Assembly: GCA_964615185.1 (NCBI GenBank)
Contig: CAZTOS010000014.1
Location: forward strand, 1 to 36,941
From: an uncultured Thermococci archaeon
GTDB lineage: Archaea; Methanobacteriota_B; Thermococci; Thermococcales; Thermococcaceae
DNA length: 36,941 nt
Reading direction: 5' to 3'
The notes beneath the pieces were generated by a model. It saw nothing but the letters and a program-made list of their open reading frames with translations. It was not told the DNA's origin and did no database searches. A program made the translations under genes and the position numbers. Below, in pieces: positions 9,184 through 19,058 of the stretch (positions are counted from its first letter, which is position 1; every line of letters begins with the position of its first letter).

Positions 9184-9213
9184 CGCCCGTATTTAATTTT
9201 TATGGTGAGGAAA

Positions 9214-9519
9214 ATGGTGCTGAAAGCGGCTTTTATATTTGTAGCCCCTGAGGCAGACCCCAAAAAGCACAGAGCTGTAGTTGCAACGCCGATTGTAGAA
9301 CTCCACGTAGTTGGAGTTAAAAATTATAAGGAAGCTTGTGAAGTGGCAAAAGAACTTGTAAAAGAGGGCATCGTCGCAATTGAACTTTGCGGCGGATTTG
9401 GACATGTTGGGGTTGCAAAAGTCGCTGAAGCTGTAGGAGGCAAAGTGCCAGTAGGTGTCGTTAGGTTTGATATTCATCCAGGATTAGAGAACAAGAGCGG
9501 CGATAAATTCTTTTTGTGA
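9214..9519 (+). CDS. DUF6506-like small protein (start 9214 or 9202)
   Basis: AAFIFVAPEADP...AIELCGGFG pattern; downstream of acoB in the same direction. Confidence 0.7.
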   Translation: MVLKAAFIFVAPEADPKKHRAVVATPIVELHVVGVKNYKEACEVAKELVKEGIVAIELCGGFGHVGVAKVAEAVGGKVPVGVVRFDIHPGLENKSGDKFFL

Positions 9520-9533
9520 TTTAATTTTCTCTT

Positions 9534-10223
9534 TTAGCGCTCTAATTTCTTAATTCCCTCTCTTGTTCCAACTAAGACAATATCAGCTATATCCGCAAAA
9601 ATTCCATTCTCCACAACGCCGGGAATGTTGTTGAGTTCAATCTCTAAATCGAGGGGATCATCAATCCTTTCAAACTTAGCATCAAGTATGAAGTTCCCGT
9701 TGTCCGTAATCACAGGGCCGTCTTTCTTAACGCCCCTCCTGAGCTCAGCTGTAGCATTGAAAACTTCAAGTTCTTCCTTTATAACCCTCCAAGCCGCTGG
9801 AATTACCTCAATCGGAACAGGCATTTTTTGGCCAAGATATTCTACAAGTTTAGACTCATCAACGAGAACGAGAAAAGTTCCAGCTCTATATTCGATAATT
9901 TTCTCCATGGTTAAAGCTGCTCCTCTGCCTTTAATCAAATTTAAATAAGGATCAACCTCATCCGCTCCGTCAACGGCTATATCAATTGCATCAACCTCAT
10001 CCAAACCAACAACTGGAACCCCACTTTCTAAAGCTAAAATTCTTGCCTGATAAGAGGTTGGCAGTCCATAAACATCAAAAAGCTCCTCGTTCATGATCAT
10101 TTTGCCCAGCATTTTGATAAAGTAAGCAGTCGTGGAACCAGTACCTAATCCAACTATCATATCATCCTCAATATACTTCAAAGCTTCCTTTGCGACCAGC
10201 TTTTTCATTTCCTCGGTGTTCAT
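9534..10223 (-). CDS. rpiA: Ribose-5-phosphate isomerase A
   Basis: GLGTGST, DGADEVD, IKGRGAAL, ITDNGN. Confidence 0.97.
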   Translation of the reverse strand: MNTEEMKKLVAKEALKYIEDDMIVGLGTGSTTAYFIKMLGKMIMNEELFDVYGLPTSYQARILALESGVPVVGLDEVDAIDIAVDGADEVDPYLNLIKGRGAALTMEKIIEYRAGTFLVLVDESKLVEYLGQKMPVPIEVIPAAWRVIKEELEVFNATAELRRGVKKDGPVITDNGNFILDAKFERIDDPLDLEIELNNIPGVVENGIFADIADIVLVGTREGIKKLER

Positions 10224-10226
10224 AAT

Positions 10227-10559
10227 TCATCCCTGTGTTGCGTTATACAATAAGCTCTGATTTGAGTAGAAGACTGGCTGCTGTGGAACTACTATGTTAT
10301 ATACAAGTATTGTGAAGTAGAACCAGAACAACAGGAAACCCCAAAATGATTTTTTAAGGAGAACATTGTCGTCTTGCAGCTCTCCAGGCAGATCTTTAAT
10401 AGTGGCTTTAATCACCTTAGGAGTCAGGATGTACAAAAGCAGGCCAGCAACATAGCCAAGATTAGCGTTAGCAGAAAGTACGCCACTGATTACTCCACCC
10501 AAGGCTCCCATTGCATAGATTACAAGTGACATTTTGTTCTCAACTCTCACGCTTCCCAC
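10227..10559 (-). CDS. Small 3-TM membrane protein, possibly archaeal EMC6-like
   Basis: Three hydrophobic helices, last one aromatic (FWGFLLFWFYFTILVYNI); 3 bp from rpiA start. Confidence 0.6.
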   Translation of the reverse strand: MGSVRVENKMSLVIYAMGALGGVISGVLSANANLGYVAGLLLYILTPKVIKATIKDLPGELQDDNVLLKKSFWGFLLFWFYFTILVYNIVVPQQPVFYSNQSLLYNATQG

Positions 10560-10613
10560 CTAAAGGCTTTAGTATCCAAAGATCTTTAAAATTCTTTCTG
10601 TTTGTTCAACTTT

Positions 10614-11823
10614 TCAAAATCCAAATAAGAATTTGAAGAGAAGTACAATTAAAATACCTACACCCATAATGAGGACAATGAATTTGGATTTTCCTCCTTT
10701 TAAGCCAACAAGATAAATTGATGTCAAAAACAGAATATCTCTCCAGTAAAGCCTCAAATACCAGAGGGGAGATGACAAATCTTTAACTTCCAGGTAATAA
10801 ACTCTACCTCTACCATCACCAAATATCACCCTTTTTCCGTCGAAATAGTAGGCAGAAAACAATTCTATCCGTCGTGTACGCAAATAAAGGCTTTCCCCAT
10901 TTATTAAAAACAAAAACTCCACCCATTTCGAGCCATTTACCGGTTATAAAGCCAGCAATTAAACCGTCTTTAACCTCAACACTAAACTCTGTTACCCCAA
11001 ATCCCTCTTTCCATTTTAGCTCACCTGGAATAGAATAAAGCTCAACATTCGACGAGCCAACGGCAACAAAATCATTACCAAGGGAAACACTCCAAGCTTC
11101 ATCTGACTTGCGATTCCAGATTTGACGTCCTTTGTAGTCATAAAGTTTAACATGTCCATGCAACTCCATATAACTGCCTTTGTCAATTGCCCACCTTTCA
11201 CATAGCGCGATTACTCCATCTTTGTAATCAATATCTGTTATGTGTCCTTTAACATGATTTTCCCAAAGTAGCTTGCCTGAAAAATCAAATACCACTACTT
11301 TACTTCCATAAAAGTTACAGGCTACTATAATGTCCCTTTTGAAGTCTACAAATCTTGGAGTTATATTAGTGTGTATTATCTTTTCAAAATCAGTGCCATT
11401 AAAGACGTAAACTGCTGTGGATGTGAATACTAAAATTCTATCCCCTTGAACATCAATCCTATACACGCTCTCATTAAACGGAAGCTTCAATACTGTATTC
11501 CCCTGTCTTGAGAGGAGCAAGAAGACGCTATCCCCAGCAAATACTATCTTATCATTAAAAATTGCCAAATCTCCCCAAGAAATGTTATCAAATGTGTGAC
11601 TCCAAAGCCGATCCCCTTGGGGATTAAATAAGGTTATAAAAGCTGTGTGATTGTCTTTTGAATAAACAGCAACGTAATCATCAATGATATCAATTGAACG
11701 TACATGTCCCGAAACATTAACACTCCACAATGGTTCAATTGTTGGCACTTCCCACAGCTCATAAGTAAATGGAATCGTTGAAATTAGGTACACAAGGAGT
11801 ATTAACATCAGAGAGTTCTCCAT
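10614..11823 (-). pseudogene. Exported beta-propeller (PQQ/WD40-like) membrane-anchored protein, frameshifted near 10856
   Basis: Hydrophobic N-terminus, repeated GxxLW blades; ORFs 10816-11835 and 10614-10922 join as ...DRIV|SAYYFDGKRVIFGD... if one base is removed from the A4 run at 10856-10859. Confidence 0.7.
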
Positions 11824-11867
11824 GACCACCTCCATAAAAATTTAAACTTAATCAAATAAAATTCTTT

Positions 11868-13196
11868 CTATTCTTCGAAGTTCTCCAACAACCGCTCCCC
11901 CTTCTCAGTCAATTTGTAGTAAATTCTTCTCCCCCTCTTATATGCCTCCTTTATCAATCCCAAGCTTTCAAGCTCCCTAATGTGCTGGTAAACAGCCTGA
12001 TACTTCATTGGTTTTTCCAAGTTCTCCCATATCTCATATCCATACATAGGATTTTCTTTCAGCAATTTGAGAATTTTAAGCTTGGTTCCTCCAATGGAAA
12101 ACTTTTCTCGCTCATCTATGTAATAGCTCTTGAGTCCAGACCCTGTGACTATTAAAACAATTCTGTCATCCTTTTCAAAATATCCATCCTCATTAAGCCT
12201 GAGGAGAGCGGGTATTACAACAGCTGATGCATATTCTGCAAAGACACCCTCCTTTGCCAACAGTTTCTCCCCAAGATCAAGTTGCTCCTCCTCCACTATA
12301 ACAGCAGTGCCATCACTTTCTTTCACAGCTTTAACTGCTCTCTCTCTGTTTACTGGATCTTTGACATAAAGCCCCAAAGCTTTTGTAAACTCTTTTTTTG
12401 AGTTTATTCCCAGGATTTCACTTGCTATTGGGTTACACTTATCCGTTTGGACGGCTATCAGTTTTGGTAACTCACCAATTGCTCCAATCTCCAAAAGCTC
12501 ACTAAAACCTTTATAGATGCTGTAGAGATTGCTCCCACTTCCTGTTGGTATGATAACATGCGTTGGGTTTATCTCTTCCCAAAGCTCAAAAGCTACAGTT
12601 TTCTGACCCTCTAATCCAATTATGTTGTTTTCTGGGGTTATATCATACAAACCGTTGAGCTTTGCAAGTTCCTTAGCATAATCTATGCACTCATCAACAC
12701 TGTCTCCATAGCGAATTATCTTCGCACCAAAAGCTATCATCTGAATGAGCTTCCCCTTATCAACCCTCTTCGGGACTACAACAAAAGCTTCTCTGTTAGC
12801 TCTTGCAGCATAAGCAGCCAGAGAAGCGGCGGCATTTCCATCACTTGCAACTATAAAACCATTATCAGCATAAGAAAGACCATAAGAAACTCCAACAGTT
12901 ACAAGCCTATCTCTAAAAGAGCCTGTAGGATTTCGGGTCTCATCTTTTATATAAACGTTGAGATTTAGCTTTTCACCAATTTTAGCTCTCACTAAGGGAG
13001 TTCCACCCTCTTTGAGGGTTATTATCTCATTAACTCCGGGTAAAAGTTCTTTATACCTCCATACTCCTTTCTCACGTTTTTTCCATTTTCTGGGATCAAC
13101 ATTAGAGTAGTCATATGTTATCTCAAGCAGTTCCCCACATGAGCATCGTGGAGGGATAAAAGAGGAATACTCTCTCCCACATTTAGGACATCTCAT
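11868..13196 (-). CDS. Threonine synthase-like PLP-fold protein with N-terminal Zn ribbon and C-terminal PadR-type wHTH
   Basis: CPKC...CSC, EGGTPL, NPTGSFRDR, PTGSGSN; C-terminal MYGYEIW...AVYQHIRELE...YYKLTEKG. Confidence 0.85.
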   Translation of the reverse strand: MRCPKCGREYSSFIPPRCSCGELLEITYDYSNVDPRKWKKREKGVWRYKELLPGVNEIITLKEGGTPLVRAKIGEKLNLNVYIKDETRNPTGSFRDRLVTVGVSYGLSYADNGFIVASDGNAAASLAAYAARANREAFVVVPKRVDKGKLIQMIAFGAKIIRYGDSVDECIDYAKELAKLNGLYDITPENNIIGLEGQKTVAFELWEEINPTHVIIPTGSGSNLYSIYKGFSELLEIGAIGELPKLIAVQTDKCNPIASEILGINSKKEFTKALGLYVKDPVNRERAVKAVKESDGTAVIVEEEQLDLGEKLLAKEGVFAEYASAVVIPALLRLNEDGYFEKDDRIVLIVTGSGLKSYYIDEREKFSIGGTKLKILKLLKENPMYGYEIWENLEKPMKYQAVYQHIRELESLGLIKEAYKRGRRIYYKLTEKGERLLENFEE

Positions 13197-13226
13197 GCTA
13201 TCACCAAAAGATAGATAGTAAAAAGA

Positions 13227-15173
13227 TCACTTTAATCTTATTGCATCCAAATTGTTGGGTGCCCTTGTTGAGATGCTGAATCTTTTATGCAGACTTGAGG
13301 CTAAATCAAGGCACTTCTGAGGCTCACCATGAACTGTGATTACTCTTTCAGGTCTTGGTCTCACCTTTGCAACGTAGCTTATCAGTTCTCTCCTATCAGC
13401 ATGACCTGAGAATCCATCGATTGTGTGTACTTCCATGTTTACCCTTATCACCTCTGTCCTGCCACCTTCCCCAATTGTTGGTATTTCTCTGAGACCCCTT
13501 TGCACTTGCCTTCCAAGTGTCCCTTCTGCCTGATAGCTAACAAAGATTATTGAATTTCTTGGATCTGGTGCCAGTTGTTTGAAGTACTCAACACTTGGCC
13601 CACCAACAAGCATGCCCGAAGATGCTATTATGATTGCAGGCTCTTCACTGTCAATTATGTCTTGCCTTTCCTTAGAATTTGCAACTGGCCTGAATATTTC
13701 ATTTAGAAACGGGTTGTATCCCTCATGGAATATCTGGTCCCTCAAGTGCTTACTTAGATATTCCGGATAGGCAGTGTGAATTGCTGTTGCTTCCCAGATC
13801 ATGCCATCAAGATATATTGGGACCTCAATACCACCAACTCTTGCGTACTCCTCAAGAACCATCATAATTTCCTGAGCTCTACCAACGGCCATTGCTGGAA
13901 TGAGAACCTTTCCTTTTCTTTTTATTGTTTGGTGGATAACCTCAATGAGCTTTTTCTCTGCATCTTCTCTTGGCATCTGATAGTCATTGCTACCTCCATA
14001 TGTTGATTCCATCACCAAGGTCTCAAGTCGTGGAAACCTTGCATTGGCAGGTTCAAACAGCCTTGTTGGAATAAACTTGAAGTCTCCCGTAACTGCCACG
14101 TTGTGAAGTCCATTCCCTATGTGCAGATGAACTATGGCAGAACCTAAGATGTGTCCAGCGTTGTGAAGTGTAAGCCTCATATCTGGGGATATATCCCTGA
14201 CCTCACCATAATCGAGGGTTATCGTGTGCTTTACTACCTCTTTTATGTCCTTTGGTTTATAAAGGGGTTCTACACCGTTACTCTGCTGTATTTCAATGAA
14301 GTCCTTCTGAAGAAGAACCATTAAGTCCCTTGTTGGAGGTGTTGTATAAATGGGCCCATCGAAGAGGTTGTAGCGGAAGAGGTATGGCAACAGTCCGCTG
14401 TGATCCAAATGAGCATGGGTAATGATTATGGCATCCAGCAAACCCTCATTTAGAACATACCTAAACTCGGGGGCATCAAAGTGGGGGAATGCCTTTTTCG
14501 GATCGTTTAATGCTGCAACATTTATCCCAAAATCAACCAGAACGAAGCTTTCATTTGTCTGCAGGAGTATAGCACTTCTACCAACTTCTCTAAAGCCTCC
14601 AAGACCCGTTATTCTAATCCACTCACTTTTAAGTTCAGGCTTTCTGTAGATGTTTCTCCCGACATTTCGAAGGAACTTTCTCCTGTCTTTGCTCTCCGTT
14701 TGTAGAATTTGCCTGATTGAATATATTGTTTGAGACTGTAAAGGTGGGGTTCTAACAACCCTTGGTGCCCAGTGAACCTTCTGTGTTATCTTTCTCAATG
14801 TCTCACCGTTCTTTCCAATCACCAATCCCGGCTTTTTAGCTTCAATAATAACCTCACCAACAGAAGGGTCAAAGCTTATGTTTGTGATTTCAGCTTCAGC
14901 TGGAACAATTTCTTTAATTAAATTCTCAGCCCTTTCAGGAGGAAGAAGAACATCCGGATCAGGTCTGACACTAATCCTCTTTTTGAGAACTTTGGCAAGG
15001 TTTTTAATTAAATCACCATCTTGCATTATTGCCTCGGGATTTTTAACATAAATAACAAGTTCAGGCCCTTCAAACTCGATATCCGTTATCTTTGCTTCCC
15101 TTGGAACCATTTGATTTATAATCTCTCTCATTTCTTTGAGTATGTCCTCCACAAAGCTCTCTCTTTTTATCAC
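13227..15173 (-). CDS. fttA: aCPSF1 / FttA beta-CASP ribonuclease, transcription termination factor
   Basis: N-terminal KH domains, THAHLDHSG, AGHILGSA, FSGHAD; GTG start at 15173 after GAGGTG RBS. Confidence 0.95.
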   Translation of the reverse strand: MIKRESFVEDILKEMREIINQMVPREAKITDIEFEGPELVIYVKNPEAIMQDGDLIKNLAKVLKKRISVRPDPDVLLPPERAENLIKEIVPAEAEITNISFDPSVGEVIIEAKKPGLVIGKNGETLRKITQKVHWAPRVVRTPPLQSQTIYSIRQILQTESKDRRKFLRNVGRNIYRKPELKSEWIRITGLGGFREVGRSAILLQTNESFVLVDFGINVAALNDPKKAFPHFDAPEFRYVLNEGLLDAIIITHAHLDHSGLLPYLFRYNLFDGPIYTTPPTRDLMVLLQKDFIEIQQSNGVEPLYKPKDIKEVVKHTITLDYGEVRDISPDMRLTLHNAGHILGSAIVHLHIGNGLHNVAVTGDFKFIPTRLFEPANARFPRLETLVMESTYGGSNDYQMPREDAEKKLIEVIHQTIKRKGKVLIPAMAVGRAQEIMMVLEEYARVGGIEVPIYLDGMIWEATAIHTAYPEYLSKHLRDQIFHEGYNPFLNEIFRPVANSKERQDIIDSEEPAIIIASSGMLVGGPSVEYFKQLAPDPRNSIIFVSYQAEGTLGRQVQRGLREIPTIGEGGRTEVIRVNMEVHTIDGFSGHADRRELISYVAKVRPRPERVITVHGEPQKCLDLASSLHKRFSISTRAPNNLDAIRLK

Positions 15174-15189
15174 TTTACTCACCTCAAGG

Positions 15190-15825
15190 TTAAAGCCTTT
15201 TAAGAATCTTGTTAACCTCTTCTTCGCTAAGTTCCTTATACCCTTCCTTGGTAACCTTGACAACCATTATTCCATCTCCCGTGAAAACATCCCTCTTAAT
15301 AGCAACATTTATAGCCTTAACCGCTAATTTAACACCCTCATCAACGCTCATGTCCTCTTTATATTCACTTTCCAAAATCGAATAGGCAAATTCCATACCA
15401 GAACCCGCCGATACATATCTATCCTCAGTCATTCCTCCAGCCATGTCAACAGAATAAAGTCTCGGCTTTTCATCATAACCTCCAATTAAGAACCAGCCAA
15501 GATATGGGAGATATTTTGTTCCATTAAGGATATTAGCGGTTAATGTTGCAAGAGCTCGTACACTCATTTCTCTGCCAACTCTTGCTCGATAAAGCTTGGT
15601 CTCCGCCCTGAGCATTCTGACAAGGCTCAATATGTCTCCTACATTGCCCGCACCTGCCAATGCCAAATGTTCATCTATCTGGAATATCTTTGTAACATTC
15701 TTTGCCATAACCATGTTACTAATTGTTGCCCTCATATCCGCTGCCAACACCACCCCGTCATTACAAACAATGCCTACTGTTGTTGTCCCTTTAAATTTAC
15801 TCAAGTGCAACACCCCTTTAGCCAT
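15190..15825 (-). CDS. psmB: Proteasome subunit beta
   Basis: Propeptide then G|TTTVG, AADMRAT, GSG, KRDVFTG. Confidence 0.95.
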   Translation of the reverse strand: MAKGVLHLSKFKGTTTVGIVCNDGVVLAADMRATISNMVMAKNVTKIFQIDEHLALAGAGNVGDILSLVRMLRAETKLYRARVGREMSVRALATLTANILNGTKYLPYLGWFLIGGYDEKPRLYSVDMAGGMTEDRYVSAGSGMEFAYSILESEYKEDMSVDEGVKLAVKAINVAIKRDVFTGDGIMVVKVTKEGYKELSEEEVNKILKRL

Positions 15826-15961
15826 GATAGAACAGATAGAACTCTACAAAACCCCCTAACTCTGAATACTATTTAAAGTTTTCGCATTTAGGGAGTTGAT
15901 TTATAAACTGTTTTGATGAAAATCTCAATAACCCTGAATAAAATCGAAAGGGTGAGCAAAA

Positions 15962-17125
15962 ATGAAAGAGATAATTCTTCTAACAGGACCTCCACTCAAT
16001 GGAAGGGATGAATACATTGAGGAAGCGTTGAAGTTTGCAAGAAATGAGAGCTATGCTTATTATCACGTTTTTGAGTACCTAAAAGAAGTGGGCAAGGAAA
16101 GAGGGGTCAAGATAACAAGAAAAAATGTTCTTGACTTCGCAATAAGCCATCCAGACTTAATGAATGACATCAGAGATGAAGCTTTTGAGAAGATAAGAAG
16201 GAACATAGAAGATAGTGAAAAAAAATTCCACCTTGTTTCAACGCCTTCTCTCTTCAGATGGGGAAGTGGAAGCGTTTTAGGGTTCACACTGAGCAATTTA
16301 AAGCTACTCAAGCCTGACAGAGTCATAATAATGCTTGATGATATCCTAAGTGTCAGAAGAAGAACTGTAAATGATCCAGAATGGTTTGAACGTTTTGGAA
16401 ACGATAAAGATAATATAAAGCTGACAACTCTTGTTATGTGGCGTGAAGATGCGATAAACCATGTTAAAACCCTAATCCACGAACTGAAAAAAGAAGGCAT
16501 AGAGGTGCGTTATGTCCTCCAGTTTGGAATAAGACATCCCTATCAAACGTTTTTGGATTTAGTATTCCATGAAAGAGAAAAGCCCCTTGTTTACCTGAGC
16601 TATCCAATGACTGGGCATGAAGAAGAGTACTATCACCGCGTTAGAGGATTCTACGAAAAGCTCAGCAAATACTTTACAGTTCTTGACCCTGGTGCCTTAG
16701 ATGACTGGTGGATTGTTGCTGAATACGACAATCAAGTCGAAAAGAATCCAGATATAAAGAAGATCACAATCAAAAATATTTTTGATGGAGAGGAAATAGA
16801 GGAGCTTGACAGGGAAGATATAGAACATGCAACTGACATTCTGAGAAGGCAACTTGTAGAGAGGGATTTCAACTTAGTGGATGTCAGTAAAGCAATAGCG
16901 GTTTATCACTATGCTGAAGGTATTTCCGCGGGAGTTATAAGTGAGATGGCTGAAGCATACAGAACACTGGCGGCAATTTACCTCTATTATCCATTCAAGC
17001 GTCGTCCAAGTCCATTCATGGAGTTCTACGGCATGCAGAATCCATCAAGGAGGACTATGTTTAAAGATGAGGATGAAATGATTCAAGCAATGATAGAAGA
17101 GAAAGAGTACTGGGCAAAGGCTTAA
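15962..17125 (+). CDS. Hypothetical two-domain protein: NMP-kinase-like N-terminus + nucleoside deoxyribosyltransferase-like C-terminus
   Basis: ILLTGPPLNGRD (P-loop-like, no Lys); VYLSYPM...VLDP...RDFNLVD...SAGVISEMAEA. Confidence 0.6.
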   Translation: MKEIILLTGPPLNGRDEYIEEALKFARNESYAYYHVFEYLKEVGKERGVKITRKNVLDFAISHPDLMNDIRDEAFEKIRRNIEDSEKKFHLVSTPSLFRWGSGSVLGFTLSNLKLLKPDRVIIMLDDILSVRRRTVNDPEWFERFGNDKDNIKLTTLVMWREDAINHVKTLIHELKKEGIEVRYVLQFGIRHPYQTFLDLVFHEREKPLVYLSYPMTGHEEEYYHRVRGFYEKLSKYFTVLDPGALDDWWIVAEYDNQVEKNPDIKKITIKNIFDGEEIEELDREDIEHATDILRRQLVERDFNLVDVSKAIAVYHYAEGISAGVISEMAEAYRTLAAIYLYYPFKRRPSPFMEFYGMQNPSRRTMFKDEDEMIQAMIEEKEYWAKA

Positions 17126-17194
17126 TTTCTTTCTATTTTCAATTCTTTAGATAAAGCCAATTGCAGAAAAGAACAATAAGAAAAGAGGAGAAAA

Positions 17195-18454
17195 TCACTT
17201 CTTGACCCATCCACGCCACTTCATGGCTTCATATACTCTGCTAACTGCCCTTACGTAGGCAGCGTCTCTCATGTGGATGTTCTTCTCTTTGTGGATGTTG
17301 TAAACGCCCCAGAATGCCTCAGTCATCTTCTTGTCAAGCTTCTCCCTTACTTCCTCTTCTGTCCAGTAGTAGCCCATCAAGTTTTGTACCCACTCGAAGT
17401 AGCTGACTGTAACACCACCGGCGTTACAGAGGAAGTCTGGGATCTGGAGTATGCCCTTCTCGTAAAGGATTTCATCTGCCTCAGGGGTGACTGGACCGTT
17501 TGCAACCTCAGCGACTATCTTTGCTTTCACTTTGTCGGCATTGTCTTTGGTGATGACACCCTCAATAGCAGCAGGAGCGAGGACGTCAACCTCAAGCTCG
17601 AGGAGCTCTTTGTTGGTTATGTTAGTCGCGCTTGGGAAGTCCTTAACTGAGCCGTGTTCCCTCTTCCACTTGAGGACTTCGTCCGGGTCAAGTCCATCTG
17701 GGTTGTAGATGCCGCCCTTGCTGTCGCTGACGGCGACGACTTTCATGCCGAGCTGCTCCTTGGCAAACTTGGCAGTGTGGTAACCAGCGTTACCATAGCC
17801 CTGAACGGCAATAGTCTTGCCCTTGAGGTCCATATCGAGGGCCTTGGCGGCTTCCCTTATGGTGAATATAGCACCTTGAGCAGTAGCAGTGCGTCTTCCT
17901 AAAGAACCACCAACTATAACTGGCTTACCTGTGATGACACCAAAGGATGGGCCCTTTCTTCTTGAGATTGCTTCGTATTCATCCATCATCCATGCCATGA
18001 TCTGTGGGTTGGTGTAAACGTCTGGAGCAGGGATATCGGTGTATGGGCTTATGATGTCATAGACGGCCCTTATATAACCTCTTGCAAGTCTTTCTTTCTC
18101 TCTATCGCTCATTTCCTTTGGATTACAGATGACCCCACCCTTACCTCCACCATAAGGTAATCCTAAAGTAGCACATTTCCATGTCATCCAGGTAGCCAAT
18201 GCCTTGACGGTGCTTAGGGTTTCTTCAGGGTGCCATCTAATACCACCCTTTGTGGGACCAAGAGCCCAGTTGTGTTGAACTCTAAAACCAGTGAAAACTT
18301 TTACGGAACCGTCATCCATCTCAACTGGAATGCTAACTTCAAGAATTCTTTGTGGTTTCTTTAAAAACTCAAGAGCCTCTTCACTTATGTCTATATATTG
18401 AGCAGCTCTCTCCAACTGCTTAATTGCCATCTCAAATGGGTCTAGTTCAACCAT
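17195..18454 (-). CDS. gdhA: Glutamate dehydrogenase
   Basis: [51 protein letters not shown]. Confidence 0.97.
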   Translation of the reverse strand: MVELDPFEMAIKQLERAAQYIDISEEALEFLKKPQRILEVSIPVEMDDGSVKVFTGFRVQHNWALGPTKGGIRWHPEETLSTVKALATWMTWKCATLGLPYGGGKGGVICNPKEMSDREKERLARGYIRAVYDIISPYTDIPAPDVYTNPQIMAWMMDEYEAISRRKGPSFGVITGKPVIVGGSLGRRTATAQGAIFTIREAAKALDMDLKGKTIAVQGYGNAGYHTAKFAKEQLGMKVVAVSDSKGGIYNPDGLDPDEVLKWKREHGSVKDFPSATNITNKELLELEVDVLAPAAIEGVITKDNADKVKAKIVAEVANGPVTPEADEILYEKGILQIPDFLCNAGGVTVSYFEWVQNLMGYYWTEEEVREKLDKKMTEAFWGVYNIHKEKNIHMRDAAYVRAVSRVYEAMKWRGWVKK

Positions 18455-18481
18455 GTTCATCCCTCCAATTTAGATGATTGG

Positions 18482-18519
18482 CGATACACTTTTGGGCAAT
18501 TACCTATATAAACCTTTCG
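18482..18519 (-). promoter_or_regulatory. gdhA promoter (BRE-TATA)
   Basis: Minus strand CGAAAGG-TTTATATA-GGTAATTGCCCAAAAGTGTATCG, closely resembling the characterised Pyrococcus gdh promoter as recalled. Confidence 0.8.
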
Positions 18520-18716
18520 CCGAAAAAGCTTGGAAAACTCTTATTTCTAAACAAAAGGTTATATATGGAAATTTCAGCCAGAATAAGAAAATTTCCAAAA
18601 CTTTTCGGCTTAGAAGAGTCCACAGAACTTTAATTTTACATACATTGGTGTACATAAAAGAATATCAATGCTCTAAAATTTCAATCACATGAAATTTTTG
18701 ATAAATGACAAGTATG

Positions 18717-18776
18717 TGCCCTCAGCGAGAAGTCGGTCATCACTACTCAGCTCACTCTCGTTCCAATCATCGGGCA
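18717..18776 (-). ncRNA. Box C/D-like sRNA
   Basis: UGCCC-GAUGA-(16 nt)-CUGA-GUAG-UGAUGA-(11 nt)-CUGA-GGGCA: C, D', C', D boxes, 5-bp terminal stem, TTTTAA TATA ~23 nt upstream (18799-18804). Confidence 0.75.
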
Positions 18777-19058
18777 GTAAAAAATTATAGGCCAAATGTT
18801 AAAAGTTTTTGTGCAAGTGGTTAAGCAAATACCTAACAACAACTTAGAAATTTACCGAAGAGACAAAAATCTTTTTACTTTTCTTCAGAGTATTGAAAAA
18901 ATGACAAAGACTCCATTAACTTTTAAGTCCAAGTAAATCGTCTTTTGCCGAAATCAAGAAGGAGAAAGTTTTTTATATGGCTTTTGTGTTTATATATAAT
19001 GCATATATTTGTCCATCGGCGTTAAATTTGGTTGAACTTCGTATAGAGGTGGAAAGAA

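Noticed and set aside
3614..9533. aco cluster as a tRNA-integrated element
   Set aside because: No integrase and no duplicated tRNA fragment found; the cluster lies on the tRNA 5' side
15174..15263. 30-aa N-terminal extension of aCPSF1
   Set aside because: Overlaps psmB; GTG at 15173 has a good RBS
18474..18692. 72-aa ORF
   Set aside because: Overlies the gdhA promoter, AT-rich, no recognisable features
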